A stretch of DNA of 64,000 bases from Antedon mediterranea (Eukaryota > Animalia > Echinodermata): positions 6,774,422-6,838,421 of the forward strand of contig NC_092678.1 in the NCBI RefSeq assembly GCF_964355755.1, in the 5' to 3' direction. Positions within the stretch are counted from its first letter, which is position 1. Each line of letters opens with the position of its first letter. This document shows positions 13,001 to 25,837 of the stretch, piece by piece. Both the position numbers and the translations under genes were made by a program. The notes under the pieces were generated by a model. It searched no databases, was not told the DNA's origin, and was given only the letters and a program-made list of their open reading frames with translations.

Positions 13001-16000
13001 ACAGGGGCTATTTTTTAAACCAGTTCATCGGGGTAACCCCTACTCTCTTCCCCTAATATGTGTATTCTGGGTTTACAATATAAAATCCTTATCCAAGAAG
13101 TCTTGTTCCACCACCAGAACTAGGATCGAGTCGAACCCATGCCGATGTTGTTGCCTTTTAGATATGGTAAACGACGACCCTGCCTTAACCGCTCGGTCAT
13201 TTGATCGTCCAGAATTTTAACACTAAATGGTCAACTCATATTCAAGGGATACTTTTTGGTCCTGAAGGTGTCCCCAACTGTAATAATACTCTAATTTCAT
13301 TGGACAAAAAGGAATCTGTATTATGTGATAGTAATATAAAACAATGTCAAAATGAGTGGTTAAATTGCCAAATGGTGGGCATGATTAAGCTGTAAATTCT
13401 GAAGGTCAAAAAGACACAAATTCGGGAAAGGAAGGAAGATAAATGACCACAATAAAACCATGGATTTAGAGGAAATAAAACACGGTAGTTCAAAACCATA
13501 ATCAATCCTACAGGAAAAGATTAAATGAAATCAATGCATTAGCTTTATTTTGAACGAGTCAAAAACTATAATTGCTTATATAATTATGGTGGAGCCCCTA
13601 TTATCGGGACGTTTTGGACCCAACAACATGGTTCAGTAGTTTAAAGGCCAATTTACACAGATGAGTGGTAATGTTAATATAAATATAGAATCTATGTTAT
13701 TCCTTATGACCATTTACACACACCGCGAAGCAGACGGGTCGTTACCGCTCAGAATAGACACAGATTCTATGTGGGACAAGCTACGTGGTTTTCCGTTTAC
13801 CGCTTGTCTGTGTAAATTGGCCTTAACACTGGTAAAATCTCAATCTTGCAAGAACAGATTGGGTGTTTCAAAACCTGAGACCCAATATGAAAAGGGAGGC
13901 CCTACAATACAAAAAACAACCCTACCATACTACTGTTTATATGAAAAAGAGAGACCGTACTGTATGTTGTACTTTTATTTTGAAAGAGTAAAAAAAGATT
14001 CAATTGTTTCAGTAGAACTCCTACAGTAACGGGATTTATGTTTGGCACTGTGTTTTTATCTTTTTTTTTTTTTTTTTTAAAGACTACATATGTGAACTTT
14101 ATTCAATCAATCGTACATTTGTTATGGTAACCACAATAAGGTATAATATTACAGTAGATTTTTACAAAAAACAAGACCAATATAAATATTAATTATAAAA
14201 TATATACAATGATTATTTACAGTAATGATAATAATAAAAACTAGACATGAAACTCGTCACTTTGACGAGTTAGTTATCCGCTCGACAAACGCCACGCGCA
14301 TGTCATACGTTAGAATATTGCACACAGAAAAATATTAAGGCATTATGACCTGAACTGAAGAATATGATATGCTGTTAGTGCTGAATTCTGTCAATTTTGT
14401 GTCATATAGTATATACATGCAAACAGTATAATCTGTATACATATTACATACAGTGTAGAATAGGTGAAATTACGGGACCCGCCATTTATTCCAATTTTTA
14501 ACATGGCGACGGTATCAAAATGAAACACTTAGATAGCAATTTCAGAAGGAAATTATCTCAGGAACAACATATTAACGTGTAGAAGAAATTTGAATACGTA
14601 AAATATAGATGCGCACCCTTTTAAAAATAAAAAAAATATGAAAATACGTCTTTTTTTATTCAACTAGCCATATGATGACGTCCCAACATCCGATTGGCAA
14701 AATGTTTACATGAATTCGTATCTACAATCCAATAGCTTCCAGAAAACGTTTTAATCGTGATTATCACATTTTATTCTGATGAGCTATAACAGATTAAAAT
14801 TTACTGTAAAGATAAATATAAGTGACCCACGTTATTTATATTTTTAGACATTATGACGTCATAAAAATAAAAAAATGTTTACTCTTGCGTAAGATAGTTG
14901 ATTGACCTAGAAAATTTCAAAATCTGGGTTAAAATGGAATACGGGTAAGTGGAGAGGCGCTCTATTAAATGAGATGCGCTATGACGAAAGATACAAAAAT
15001 CCTATATTTTATATTCGCGTGGCCATACGATGACGTCACAATGTCCGGTTTGCCATATCAATGCATGATTCCTTATCTACAACTTATCATCTTCCTGGAT
15101 ATGTAATTTAAACAAAGTTCACCTCGTAGTTTAGAATCTATGATTGTTTAAAAAAAGGTATAATTTTGACAAATGTTTGAACTTTTTCCTAAAAAACGCA
15201 CATAAATTATCCAATTCGACGTGCCCGTATGACGTAATTTGAAGTCGAAATTGTTTCAAAGTTGGTAAAATTACTATAAAAGGCTTGAAAACATAAATCA
15301 CGAAAGAAAAATGGTTTTCAACGCTACGTTCGCACCGCGCGCGTAAAAAAAAGCGTGCGCGTGGGAATTTTTTACATGCTTAAAATGACATGAAACACGT
15401 AGAAAGTTGATTAGAAATTGATTTTTCGCATTTTGAATTTTAAATTAGCGTGCGCGCGTAACTTTGTGTAAAACACGCAATTTTTTATCCACAGAAAGTT
15501 AGCGCATGATATAAATTAAACTTTTGCTAAGTTTCAATTTAAATTGTTATATGGTTTTAAATCTATGTTAAATACGCGAAATTCATAAAATTGTGCGTAA
15601 GTCACGTTGCGCATTTCTGACGTCATTCACAATAGGAGGTGCACAACTTCACGTGAATGCCCATATGTTGACAAAGTTATGAAATGTTATGTTTACACGT
15701 TTTTTAGATACGCGAGACACAAAAATAGAGGAGAAATGCGCGTGCACGCGTAACGTCTTGTAAAACATGCCATTTTTAATCCACAAAAAGTTTTCCCTTG
15801 ATATGACTTAAATTTTCACAAAGTGTCAAAACAAATTTATGCTTGGTTTTTAGTCTATGATCAATCATAAAAAATCATAAAATCGCACGTAAGTCACGTT
15901 GCGCAACTCTGACGTCATTCAAAAATAGGAGGTGCACAACTTCACGTAAATGCCCATATGTTGACAAAGTAATGAAATGTTATGTTTACAAGTTTTTGAG

Positions 16001-19000
16001 ATACGCGAGACACAAAAATGAGGGAGAAAGAAATAAGAAAAAAAAAAAAAAAAAGTAACAGGACGATTACAAGCAGTTATCCGCTACTAAGCGGATAACT
16101 AATTAATTGTTTATATTGACTATTATTGGAAACACAAGTTGAATAATAAAATACTGAAAAGTTTAGTTAGAGGTTTACAATCAATGGAAAAGATGAAAAC
16201 ATATAATATTGTAAGTATTAAAAGTAGCAGTGTTTAGGAAGATTACTGTATATTGGCAACGGCCTACAGTTGAACATGGTTATAAGCAAAAGTTATATAT
16301 TGATTGATTGATTGAATCGGGCATCACTATAAGCAAAGCTTTAAAATGTGATATCCTATGTAACAATTAAAAATTGGAAAAAATAAATAAATAAATAAAT
16401 TACAATAAAAACAATAACAAGGGCTGCCTTTTGTTTTATCACGCAAAAGTCAGAATCAGAAGTTTAAATGGTATTTTTACAGTAAATCTGAACATAGAAA
16501 TAGGTATTAAAATAATATGTCAACATAAGGCTAAAAATGACAGAGCTTCTGGTGAATTTTCCTCTATCCCCAATATTGGAGGGTTCTTCAGATTGGCAAA
16601 ACCAGAGACCCACTTGTTTGTTGTAATACAGTATACCCTTCGTTTATACAGTAGGGAGTATGACACACCTTTTACGAATATTAAGGTGAATCACCATCCA
16701 GAACCTAGACTACTATTATGTATATTTTACTTTAAAAGTATGTTTATATTATTTCTATTAAATTTTCTTACTGCTAAACTATATTCAACATGTTTACACT
16801 AGATAGGAAACAAGGCTTTAATTGCTTTTGTGGTAACATTACTTCCCTTATAAACGTCTTAAAAAAACATTAGGTTTAGTAATCAGGTTTTCCATAAACC
16901 AAACAAAAATGCTTATAATAGTTCTAGTATACCACTGGCACAGATAGAATGGTCCCTCTCAAGTTTCGATGACTACAATGATTAAAAGTGTTGAAAAACA
17001 GGGTCATTTGATCAGATTATAAAAAATCTACATTTAAATGTACAGTATACACAAAGGTCCTAAATCTTAAATATAAAAATTAAGGCAGCTATAAGTTTCA
17101 AACTTAATGCATGTCATAATTTCAACTAAAATAATAATTCATTTTTCAATAGGTAATTGTTTTCAAAGAAATGGCTCCTGTATTATGCAATCCATTTTGT
17201 CTTTTGACTTCCTATTAATTGTTGTAATGAAATTAAATAAAACAAGACAATTGAAAAACATATTATTATTTTAAGAGTTGGTGTGTTTTGAGCGAGTCAT
17301 ATGGCCGAGCGGTTAAGGCAGGGGCGCCGTTTATCGTACCTAAAGAGCCAACAACAACATCGGCAAGGGTTCGAGGCCGACTCGCTCCTAGTTCTGGTGG
17401 TGGAACAAGTCTTCTCGGATAAGGACTATAAACCGTAGGTCCAGTGTACACAGTTATAACCTGTGTGTACTTAAAAGAACCCAGTTCATTATTCGAAAAA
17501 GAGTAGGGGGTTACCCCGGTGAACTGGTTCACACAATAGCCTCTGTATCAGGGGGATTACCACCTATCTGATAGGACAGTGATTAATTCACTATTGGTAA
17601 TCCTTGGCCACAGTGCCTAAAGACATAAAATAAAAAAAAAATAAATAAAAAAATCATACGTTATCTACACTCCCACACATGAGACCAGGATGAACAATGA
17701 TTAAAAGTGTATATTAATAATAATGGTTGACTTATATAGCCCCTAATAGTAATACACACATTTTTAATATTCTTTGTAAACACCATATTTATATTGTGCT
17801 TTATACAGCACAGGGGACAAGTTGCCCAACAACCCTCATCTCTATTAGAGTCCCTTTGAGTGAGTGAGTAGCCGAGTGGTTAAGACAGTGGAACCGTAAT
17901 TACGTAGCCATAACATCGGCAGGGGTTCGAGGCTCACTCACTCCATGGTTCTGGTGGTAGAACGAGTCTTCTCGGATAAGGACTATAAACCGTAGGTCCA
18001 CTGTACACATCTAGCTCGTGTGCACTTTAAAGAACCTAGTACATCTTTCGAGACGAGTAGGGGGTTACCCCGGTGTATTAGTACATCACAGCCACTGATC
18101 ACCAACTGGGCCCTCTGGGAGACCAGTCTTTGACTGAAGAGGTTACCCAGTATAAATATAAATTTCAATCAATCATTGTGCTGAGCTGCCACCAAACGTT
18201 GCAAATTTGTCTGTCCTAAACGACAGGGGCCGAGATGGACCAGCACACCTGAGTACTGTAACTCCCTACTTTTCTGGCTGTAGTGTATTTCATATATTTC
18301 TCATCATTTGTTTCATGGGAAAGTGTCACCTAAAGCTCGTTTCCCAATTCATTCTTTATGGTGGTACAGTATTGAAAATTTTTTACATACCATTACAAAG
18401 TAAACTTGTTGTCGATTTATTATAGCTTTGCCTGTTTATATGTTACACTGCTAAATGTAAATATTTAAGAAATCTTTAATTTAGTTTGAACTTGGATGAT
18501 ACAATACAAGGATGTTTATTTCTTTGGTCATCTTCACTTTCTGTAGTGTAACATAAACAATACAATTATCACCCTATAACTTATTCTGAATATTTATTTA
18601 TATTTCAATTCCTGAAAATTCCTGATTCTGTCCCTATGTATATTATGTCCCTACAGTATATTCTGTCCCTATATTATGTCCCTACAGTATATTCTGTCTC
18701 CGGATTATGTCCCTACAGTATATTCTGTCCGCGGATTATGTCCATACAGTATATTCTGTCCCTATATTATGTCCCTACAGTATATTCTGTCCCTATAGTA
18801 TATTCTGTCCCTATATTATGTCCCTATATTCTGTAAGAAAATTATTTTGTGGAAAATTTTATTTTCCACAGCATACTGTAGCATCAATTAAATATGTTTT
18901 TGTCCAGTCAGATTTATTTTGCCGATTTTGTAGCAATAGACAGTTTGTTTTTTGATTGTGTAATAGTAAACTATACATTCCAATGACCCTAAAATTTAAT

Positions 19001-22000
19001 ATCCCGGATAGGTCCTGACAATTCCCTATGGCCTATGAAATTGTTATATTTTCCAAGCAAAGTACAGCACTGTACTGTATATTGAAAAACAGGGTCATTT
19101 GATCAGATTTAAAAAAATCTACATTTAAATGTACAGTATACACAGAGGTCCTAAATCTTATATATAAAAATTGAGGCAGCTATAAGTTTTAAACTCAATG
19201 CATGTCATAATTTCAACTAAAACAATAATTCATTTTTCAATAGGTAATTATTTTCAGGAAATGGCTCCTGTATTATGCAATCCATTTTGTCTTTTGACTT
19301 CCTATTAATTGTTGTAATGAAATTAAATAAAATAATACAATTGAAAAACTTATTATTTTAAGAGTTGGTGTGTTTATAAATCATACGTTATCTACACTCC
19401 CACACATGAGACCAGGATGAACAAAATGTCATGACTAAATATTGGTATTGCTATTAATATTAGGTCACCTCCTGGCTAAGGCTTGGTTCCCACTAAGTGA
19501 ATGCAAAGCAAGGACATACTACTGTATATGCTATGAAAATAATTTTCATGGTAAATACAAGGCCATATAAATGGCTGCAGCCGCATCCTCAAATTTGAGT
19601 GTTTACCGACTGACCAACCGACATAGTGAGCTGTAGAGTTGCGTTGCACGCGACTAAAAGCTTTCACACTTGTTCCAGCACGGTTTCGTTCCGGCACCGT
19701 CAAATCAAATCAGACATCAATGTTGCGCTTTCACGATGCTCCACCCGCCTATGTGCCAATCGATATGCATAGCCTCATGAAAACGAAATGAAATAGAATT
19801 CTATAGAACATTTTTATAAGGGTATGTAACTACAAGAGTTACTAACATACTAAACCTCAATCCTCCTTTTATTAAAATTCAACAAAATATTCTTTTTTCT
19901 TTATGGCTAGATACTATGAAGTAATAACTACTGTACCAATATTTCAGGTGAGTTAAGAAATGTCTACACTATCAAACTTTGTGACAAAAAAGTGTGATAT
20001 GCCCAAATATGGTAGTGATATGCCCAAACATGGTAGTGATATGCCCAAATATGGTAGTGATATGACATCACCGTTTCCATATATGGGCACATCACATTGT
20101 ACATGGAGATATTTGCAGAAAATGTCGAAGTAATTCTTGGGTGGGACTTGAACCCACAACCACCAGATCATAGCCTGGCGTTCATACCTCTAGACCCCCG
20201 AGTTCAGGCTGATAGCAATGGTTAGGTTCACGCCCAAGGAAGCAGCGTGCACTGCCTGCATCGTTATAATGAGGCCGTCAGAGTAGAGCAAACATCTGAC
20301 CTATGAACTTGCGCCCCCAAAAAAAGTGTGATGTGCCCAAATATGGTAGTGATATGCCCAATTATGGCAGTGATATGACATCATAATGTCCATATATGGG
20401 CACATCACATTTTTTTGTAACATAAAGTTTGATAGTACAGATAGAAAAAAAAAAGTTTGATGTGCCCAAATATGGTAGTGATATGCCCAATTATGGCAGT
20501 GATATGACATCATCATGTCCATATATGGGCACATCACATTTTTTTGTAACATAAAGTTTGATAGTACAGATAGAAAAAAAAAAGTGTGATGTGCCCAAAT
20601 ATGGTAGTGATATGCCCAATTATGGCAGTGATATGACATCATAATGTCCATATATGGGCACATCACATTTTTTAAAGTGTGATGTGCCCAAATATGGTAG
20701 TGATATGCCCAATTATGGCAGTGATATGACATCATCATGTCCATATATGGGTACATCACATTTTTTTGTAACATAAAGTTTGATAGTACAGATAGAAAAA
20801 AAAAGTGTGATGTGCCCAAATATGGTAGTGATATGCCCAATTATGGCAGTGATATGATATCATCATGTCCATATATGGGCACATCACATTAGTGGGTCAA
20901 CTACTACTTTTGTTGTTGTCATTGCAGTATTCTAATGTGTACACAGTAACACCAGAAATAAACAGATTGATGGAAGATAAGGAACTACAACAAGAATGCA
21001 TACGATATGTAGCAAGATCTAGTTAGTAAAGTTTATTTTAAAAGGAATGTCATTAAAGAATGTTTGCCGGATGTTACAACTTGGTAATGATGTCACTTGT
21101 GATTGAGTGACATCATTAACAATGATGATGTCACTCAATATTAATCAAAGCATTCTCAAATTATCACTTATACCTCATTTAATCAAAGTATAATAGTATT
21201 AACAATTATAGAAAAAGAAGAATTTTAATAATATCATTATGTATTATGTGCAGAACGAATCGTTATCTAATGTCAAATTCATGCATTTAATACCAGTAAA
21301 TGAATAACTGTTGATTGTTACTTAACTTAATATTAGTTCATCCTCTACAGTATATTTGTATTTGTTTAATGTTCTAATTTTAATTATGTTTGTTTTGAAT
21401 TCTGACATGAATTTTCCGAAAAGGACCAATAAATAAAGTGGTTGTCTTACTGTATAGAGATCCTAAAAGCATTTTACAAAAAAAAAAGGAAAGAAAAAAG
21501 CGATGATATATCCTAAAGTAACCACAAATCAAAGTAATTAACAATAATTCACAGTACATCTAAACTGTTAATAGTATACATGAAAGTTGCACCTACAATA
21601 GAGGCCCTAGAAAATAGAAGTCTCCAAGTAGGCTTCAGTCAGGAGTTTTCCACAAAGAAGAGCCCTCACTCTTCAGAGATTTTCATTAAAATAAACTTTT
21701 TATCACTGCATTTCTTCATCATTACAGAGCATGCAGCACCAACATTTCGTTCAGTATTCAAATTGTATTGCGGATTGCGACCGGCAACAACCGTTAAAGA
21801 TCTATGCTCCCGATATGACCCACGATCTTTGCGAATTAACGAGAGGTCAATTTATTTATGTTAAATTATATTTATTTATGGTTCATTTGAAAATTATTCC
21901 ACTGCAGTTACTGCAGTAACTACTGTATATTCTTTTACTGCAATAACAATTTACTTTATTTCTTTGTAGAAGGGAGGCAGTCACTGCAATAAACAGTGTG

Positions 22001-23164
22001 TGTGATTACCTAGAAAAAGCTTGCTAAATAATTGCATAAACAGGTTACTGTAAGAGTCAACAAAATGTAGTTACTGCAGTAACTGCAGTAGTATAATTTT
22101 CACATGATTCCTTTTTTACTATTGTTGTACAGTACATCTAATATAAAGTGTCTCTTCATGCTGGAGAGGGCGGTATTTAAAATAATTGAGAAAACTATAA
22201 TAACGGGTTGCCTTTTGGCAGCGTAACAACACACGACCCATGTCGTTGTTGGGTTATTGATTTAGATGTATAAAGTTCATATATCTACATACAAAGTTTG
22301 TTTATAGCTCAGTAGTGTTGAATAAGTATTATAGCTTGATTTTTGTTACAAAGGCATGTGGCGCAGTGTGCATACACCTAGTTCGGGATCGGGAATTCGA
22401 GACCAATTCTCGTCGCATTGCTTATGTCCTTTACTTATGCTTGCCTCTCTCCACCCAGGTGTAAAAATGGGTACACAATTGCGCTGATTACAAGCTGAGT
22501 ATTATGTGAGCTGTACACATACGTCCAATGGGTAATAAGTGCTTAACAATTTTAAGCATTAAGGCTGTGTTTCCACAGCCCAAAATTAACTGATTAACCA
22601 ATACAAATTGATAAATAAACTGCCTGTGGAAACGTGGTTTAACCGATTCAACAAAATTAACCAAAAATTATCTCATTCAAATCGGTTAAGTATCGAATAA
22701 ATGCGATAATTTTGTTGTGATTGGGCATCTGGTTGTTTTTGTTGGTAATGACTGATCATGCACATTTCCTTGGGTAAAAACTTAACCGATAATTTTGTTT
22801 TGGCTGCGGAACACGGCCTTAATTGAAATATTTGTTCTATCTTCATTTTTTTCACTAGGCATCTGATTCAATTTGGTGTTATGCAAGGACTGCTGAGAAG
22901 GCTACACAAATACCCAGTAAAAATGGTGACAGACAATGGTCTACAACAGGCACATGAAGTACATAAGTAAGTTTCCCATCAACATCATTTTTCCCAGTGA
23001 CATTCCATACGGAATTAATTGTCTATTAATTAATTATTATTTTTTTCAGGTACATGACGGGACAATTTAATTACGATGAAATATGTTGCAAGACAAGGAA
23101 AAGCAGTAGAGAATTGGACGAGATAATAAACCAAGATGACCAAATAGCGGTCTGCTGGAAGTGA
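7093..23164 (+). CDS. NPRL2: GATOR1 complex subunit NPRL2
   Basis: 11 exons: 7093-7173, 7594-7685, 8528-8696, 9130-9238, 10821-10957, 11351-11448, 19911-19947, 20928-21021, 21728-21845, 22859-22966, 23050-23164. All GT-AG and in frame. Motifs [60 protein letters not shown] and C-terminal CWK*. Confidence 0.95.
7726..8276. mobile_element. Truncated copy of a Kolobok-like element, inverted relative to 9355-9980
   Basis: TTAA|AGACCCCTTCCCTGC start; near-identical reverse complement of ~9430-9980. Confidence 0.8.
9282..10077. mobile_element. Harbinger-like MITE interrupted by a nested element
   Basis: TAA|AGGCCAACTCAGACAG...CTGTCTGTGTTGGCCT|TAA. Confidence 0.6.
9355..9980. mobile_element. Kolobok-like non-autonomous DNA transposon (full length)
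   Basis: TTAA|AGCCCCATTCCCT...AGGGAAGGGGTCT|TTAA. Confidence 0.75.
11172..11228 (+). pseudogene. Decayed partial duplicate of NPRL2 exon 6 with its splice acceptor
   Basis: tattccag ATTCTACCTTAT..ATTGATGGG..AATTATGTGCAAAG.ATTGCA aligns to tattgcag ATTTTACCGTACATTGATGGC...AACCATGTGCAAAGGATAGCA. Confidence 0.65.
11524..11905 (-). mobile_element. tRNA-containing terminally redundant repeat (diverged copy)
   Basis: Colinear reverse complement of the 46954-47442 element; 26-bp direct repeats at 11524-11549 and 11880-11905; tRNA-like part 11629-11701. Confidence 0.75.
12905..13200 (-). mobile_element. tRNA-derived Deu/Nin-domain SINE (degenerate copy)
   Basis: Reverse-complement match to 17290-17650. 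Confidence 0.7.
13645..13823. mobile_element. Harbinger-like MITE
   Basis: TAA|AGGCCAATTTACACAGA...TCTGTGTAAATTGGCCT|TAA, 17-bp TIR. Confidence 0.75.
14241..16102 (-). mobile_element. Helentron-like non-autonomous element (DINE-1/HINE architecture)
   Basis: One end has palindrome AGTTATCCGC-tactaa-GCGGATAACT; the other has subTIR AGTTATCCGC next to hairpin AACTCGTCA-ctt-TGACGAGTT and CTAG before a T-run; internal ~300-bp tandem duplication (~15445-16020). Confidence 0.65.
16990..17698. repeat. Local duplication, copy 1 (interrupted by a SINE); copy 2 at ~19082-19424
   Basis: ttgaaaaacagggtcatttgatcag...gagttggtgtgttt / aaatcatacgttatctacactcccacacatgagaccaggatgaacaa present twice. Confidence 0.85.
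17290..17650 (+). mobile_element. tRNA-derived SINE with Deu/Nin-like central domain
   Basis: A box TGGCCGAGCGG, B box GGTTCGAGGCC, core CTCGGATAAGGACTATAAACCGTAGGTCC...GAGTAGGGGGTTACCCCGGTG resembling the AmnSINE1/DeuSINE domain as recalled, A-rich tail. Confidence 0.75.
17858..18175 (+). mobile_element. tRNA-derived Deu/Nin-domain SINE with a different 3' tail
   Basis: TAGCCGAGTGG and GGTTCGAGGC boxes, same core as 17290-17650; degenerate sister at ~43165-43370. Confidence 0.75.
18628..18833. repeat. Minisatellite, ~31-bp unit CTGTCCCTATATTATGTCCCTACAGTATATT
   Basis: About 6 tandem copies. Confidence 0.9.
20134..20205 (-). repeat. Degenerate tRNA-derived sequence (probable SINE fragment)
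   Basis: Minus strand GGTCTAGAGG (A-box-like) and GGTTCAAGTCC (B box); poor acceptor stem. Confidence 0.4.
20320..20890. repeat. Tandem array (~4.5 x ~127 bp) derived from MITE family A
   Basis: Repeated aaagtgtgatgtgcccaaatatggtagtgatatgccc...gtttgatagtacagatag. Confidence 0.9.
22562..22819. mobile_element. Harbinger-like MITE
   Basis: Imperfect TIR AGGCTGTGTTTCCACAGCC...GGCTGCGGAACACGGCCT with TA(A) flanks. Confidence 0.55.
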
Positions 23165-23986
23165 AGGGAAATCGATTAAAATAAAGAAATAAAACATATT
23201 GCCAGGCCATTTAATCAAGCACAACAAAAATTGTCAAAAAGGTTCTTGTGTAAAAATAAGGAGTGTCCATTGGACAATAAAATACTGTACGCAAATAGAT
23301 GCTGTTGTTGGTATTTTGTCTGTGTCAATAACAGTAGTGACTTTTCTATTTCATGATGCACCACCACATTACGCAGATAGTAGTCTATACTTGTTCTGGG
23401 CAACTCATGTTTTCAATTCAATTCAACGTAAACATTTATTTTCTTTCTTTCAATCAATAATAAAACAAATGAATAAGGTATTAAAAAAAAGTAAGTACGA
23501 GTTACAAATAATACATTTCATTAATATAATATATAAACACGACAGGCAAAGAACATTAGTTCTAAACCGCCCGGTGATATACTGAAATTTTAATTAATTA
23601 ATTTGAAACGATAAAGATGAGAAAATATAATATAAATATATAGCCTATATAGACTATTTTTAGTTACACACATATATAAATATACATATTTATATATATA
23701 AACAAATCAGGCAAAGAACATTAACATTAATTTTAATTATTTTATTTATTTATATATATATGTATATATGTACACACACACATATATATATTGTATATAT
23801 ATAAATCCAAAGGCAAATTACTGAAAAAAATTGACAATGCTGTGGGTATCACAGTTTCTGAACGTGTGAAGAATGACTTTTCGACTCAACAACAGTGTGG
23901 TGGGACTACAGATGTGTCCCACCAATGTTACCATTGTTGTTATCGTAGTATTTAAAGAAATTTATTTTAAAAACTTGTTGAAAATT

Positions 23987-24667
23987 TGTGGCACACGCAA
24001 GGGAAAGCAGACATAAGTCAGAATTTTCAAAATTGAGATTTCCACAAATACTAAAACTACATAATCCAAGATTTAAAATGCTGAAAAAAATATTTTGATA
24101 CCATGTCTACTTCCAGAGATATCTCAGTCTAAAGTTTTGGCTGTTACAATCAGTATTTTGAGAAAAATGCTTTTAAATTTAAGTAACAGGAAATTACAAA
24201 TACAAACAAATAAACAGGGTCTATTTCGTGCCTAGCTTACCTGGATAAACCAACAATAGCCCCTTCTCCTCGAAGAGTGAGATATAAAAAAGGGTATTCT
24301 AATTGCTTTATTTCAATGAAACTTCGCACCTTCCTTAATTATCTATTGTTCTATTATTATGCAAAATTTTCATTAAAATCAACCAACTGGAACACTTTCA
24401 ATTCAAGCATAAAACATGATAGGTTTTATGAAAATCATACATAATTTACACCATCTTTTAACAAACATACCACATAAAATGTTAAAATGTATTCATTTAT
24501 TTGTCTAAAAACAAAAAAAACACCAAGGTAATGTAAATAAGTACTGTTTCAGCTATCAATTTCTGTAAAAATAAAAAAAATTAAATTTTTTAACCTTTTA
24601 TTGTTTTTGGCTGTCTCTATAAATCTACAAATGCGACTTATGTCCGCTTTCCCTTGCATGTGCCACA
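23987..24667. mobile_element. Non-autonomous DNA transposon with ~33-bp TIRs (superfamily unassigned)
   Basis: TGTGGCACACGCAAGGGAAAGCAGACATAAGTC ... GACTTATGTCCGCTTTCCCTTGCATGTGCCACA. Confidence 0.8.
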
Positions 24668-24720
24668 TTTTCTATATACTTTACCGTAAAGTACTTTATT
24701 ATAGAACTAAAATTTATATA

Positions 24721-25134
24721 GACAAAATGACAATACTATGTGTATCGGTGGCTGGATCTCAATAGAGAGTACAAAATAAAATAAGCACTGACAAAATGAA
24801 AATACTATGTGTATTGGTGGCTGGATCTCAATAGAGAGTACAAAATAAAATAAGCACTGACAAAATGAAAATACTATGTGTATCGGTGGCTGGATCTCAA
24901 TAGAGAGTACAAAATAAAATAAGCACTGACAAAATGAAAATACTATGTGTATCGGTGGCTGGATCTCAATAGAGAGTACAAAATAAAATAAGCACTGACA
25001 AAATGAAAATACTATGTGTATCGGTGGCTGGATCTCAATAGAGAGTACAAAATAAAATAAGCACTGACAAAATGAAAATACTATGTGTATCGGTGGCTGG
25101 ATCTCAATAGAGAGTACAAAATAAAAAATAAGCA
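24721..25134. repeat. Tandem repeat, 6 x 69 bp
   Basis: Near-identical units GACAAAATGAAAATACTATGTGTATCGGTGGCTGGATCTC... starting at 24721, 24790, 24859, 24928, 24997, 25066. Confidence 0.95.
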
Positions 25135-25837
25135 GGAAGCTGAATCAAAACTATAAAGTAAAACAGCCAGAAATACTGTAAGTTTTCAGAAAACATTCCT
25201 TCATCAAAGTTAAAGACACAGATCATACTATAAAAATTATTACTGTTTACCAGGGAAAAGTGAAATTATTGTACAATTAATTTCTCTCATCGCAGAATAA
25301 ACCCATACATACATGTCTAATAATACTAACATTGAGACTATAACACTATCTTAAGCAATTGTATCATTTTTATTTAAAATTATAAAAAAGGAGGAATTCT
25401 ACATTCTGTAAACATGGATAAACCTTTGATAAATGGTGTATGAAATCATTAGATTGTATGTACAGTATGGTATAAAATGATACCTAAACTCAAATACATC
25501 ATAGTATTTGTCTATGCAAGTCAGATTGAACATTTTGGCAACAATTGCCTTTCATAAAATGAAACTATTATTTGATTGGTTGAGAAAGTTAAGAGAGGGG
25601 CGTTTCTATTTTTAACCACGTGACTAGTGGTGGTTACTCGACTGTGACGTGTGTGAAGTGAGGCGTAACAATAGAGGATTTTCCCGGGGATCAAATTGTG
25701 TTCTGTTTGCTTTAGGCCTAGAAATTGTCTTGTTTTTGTCAGTTTAAATTACACTATTATCGTAACAGTGCATGGTTAAATGCAGTAGTTGTTATTTTAA
25801 ATTAGTTTTAAATAAAAATTAAAATATACAGTATTTT

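Noticed and set aside
20301-20840. 179-aa His/Tyr-rich ORF
   Set aside because: Translation of the MITE-derived tandem array
24721-25134. Regular array resembling CRISPR
   Set aside because: Units are fully repeated with no unique spacers; eukaryotic context; no cas genes
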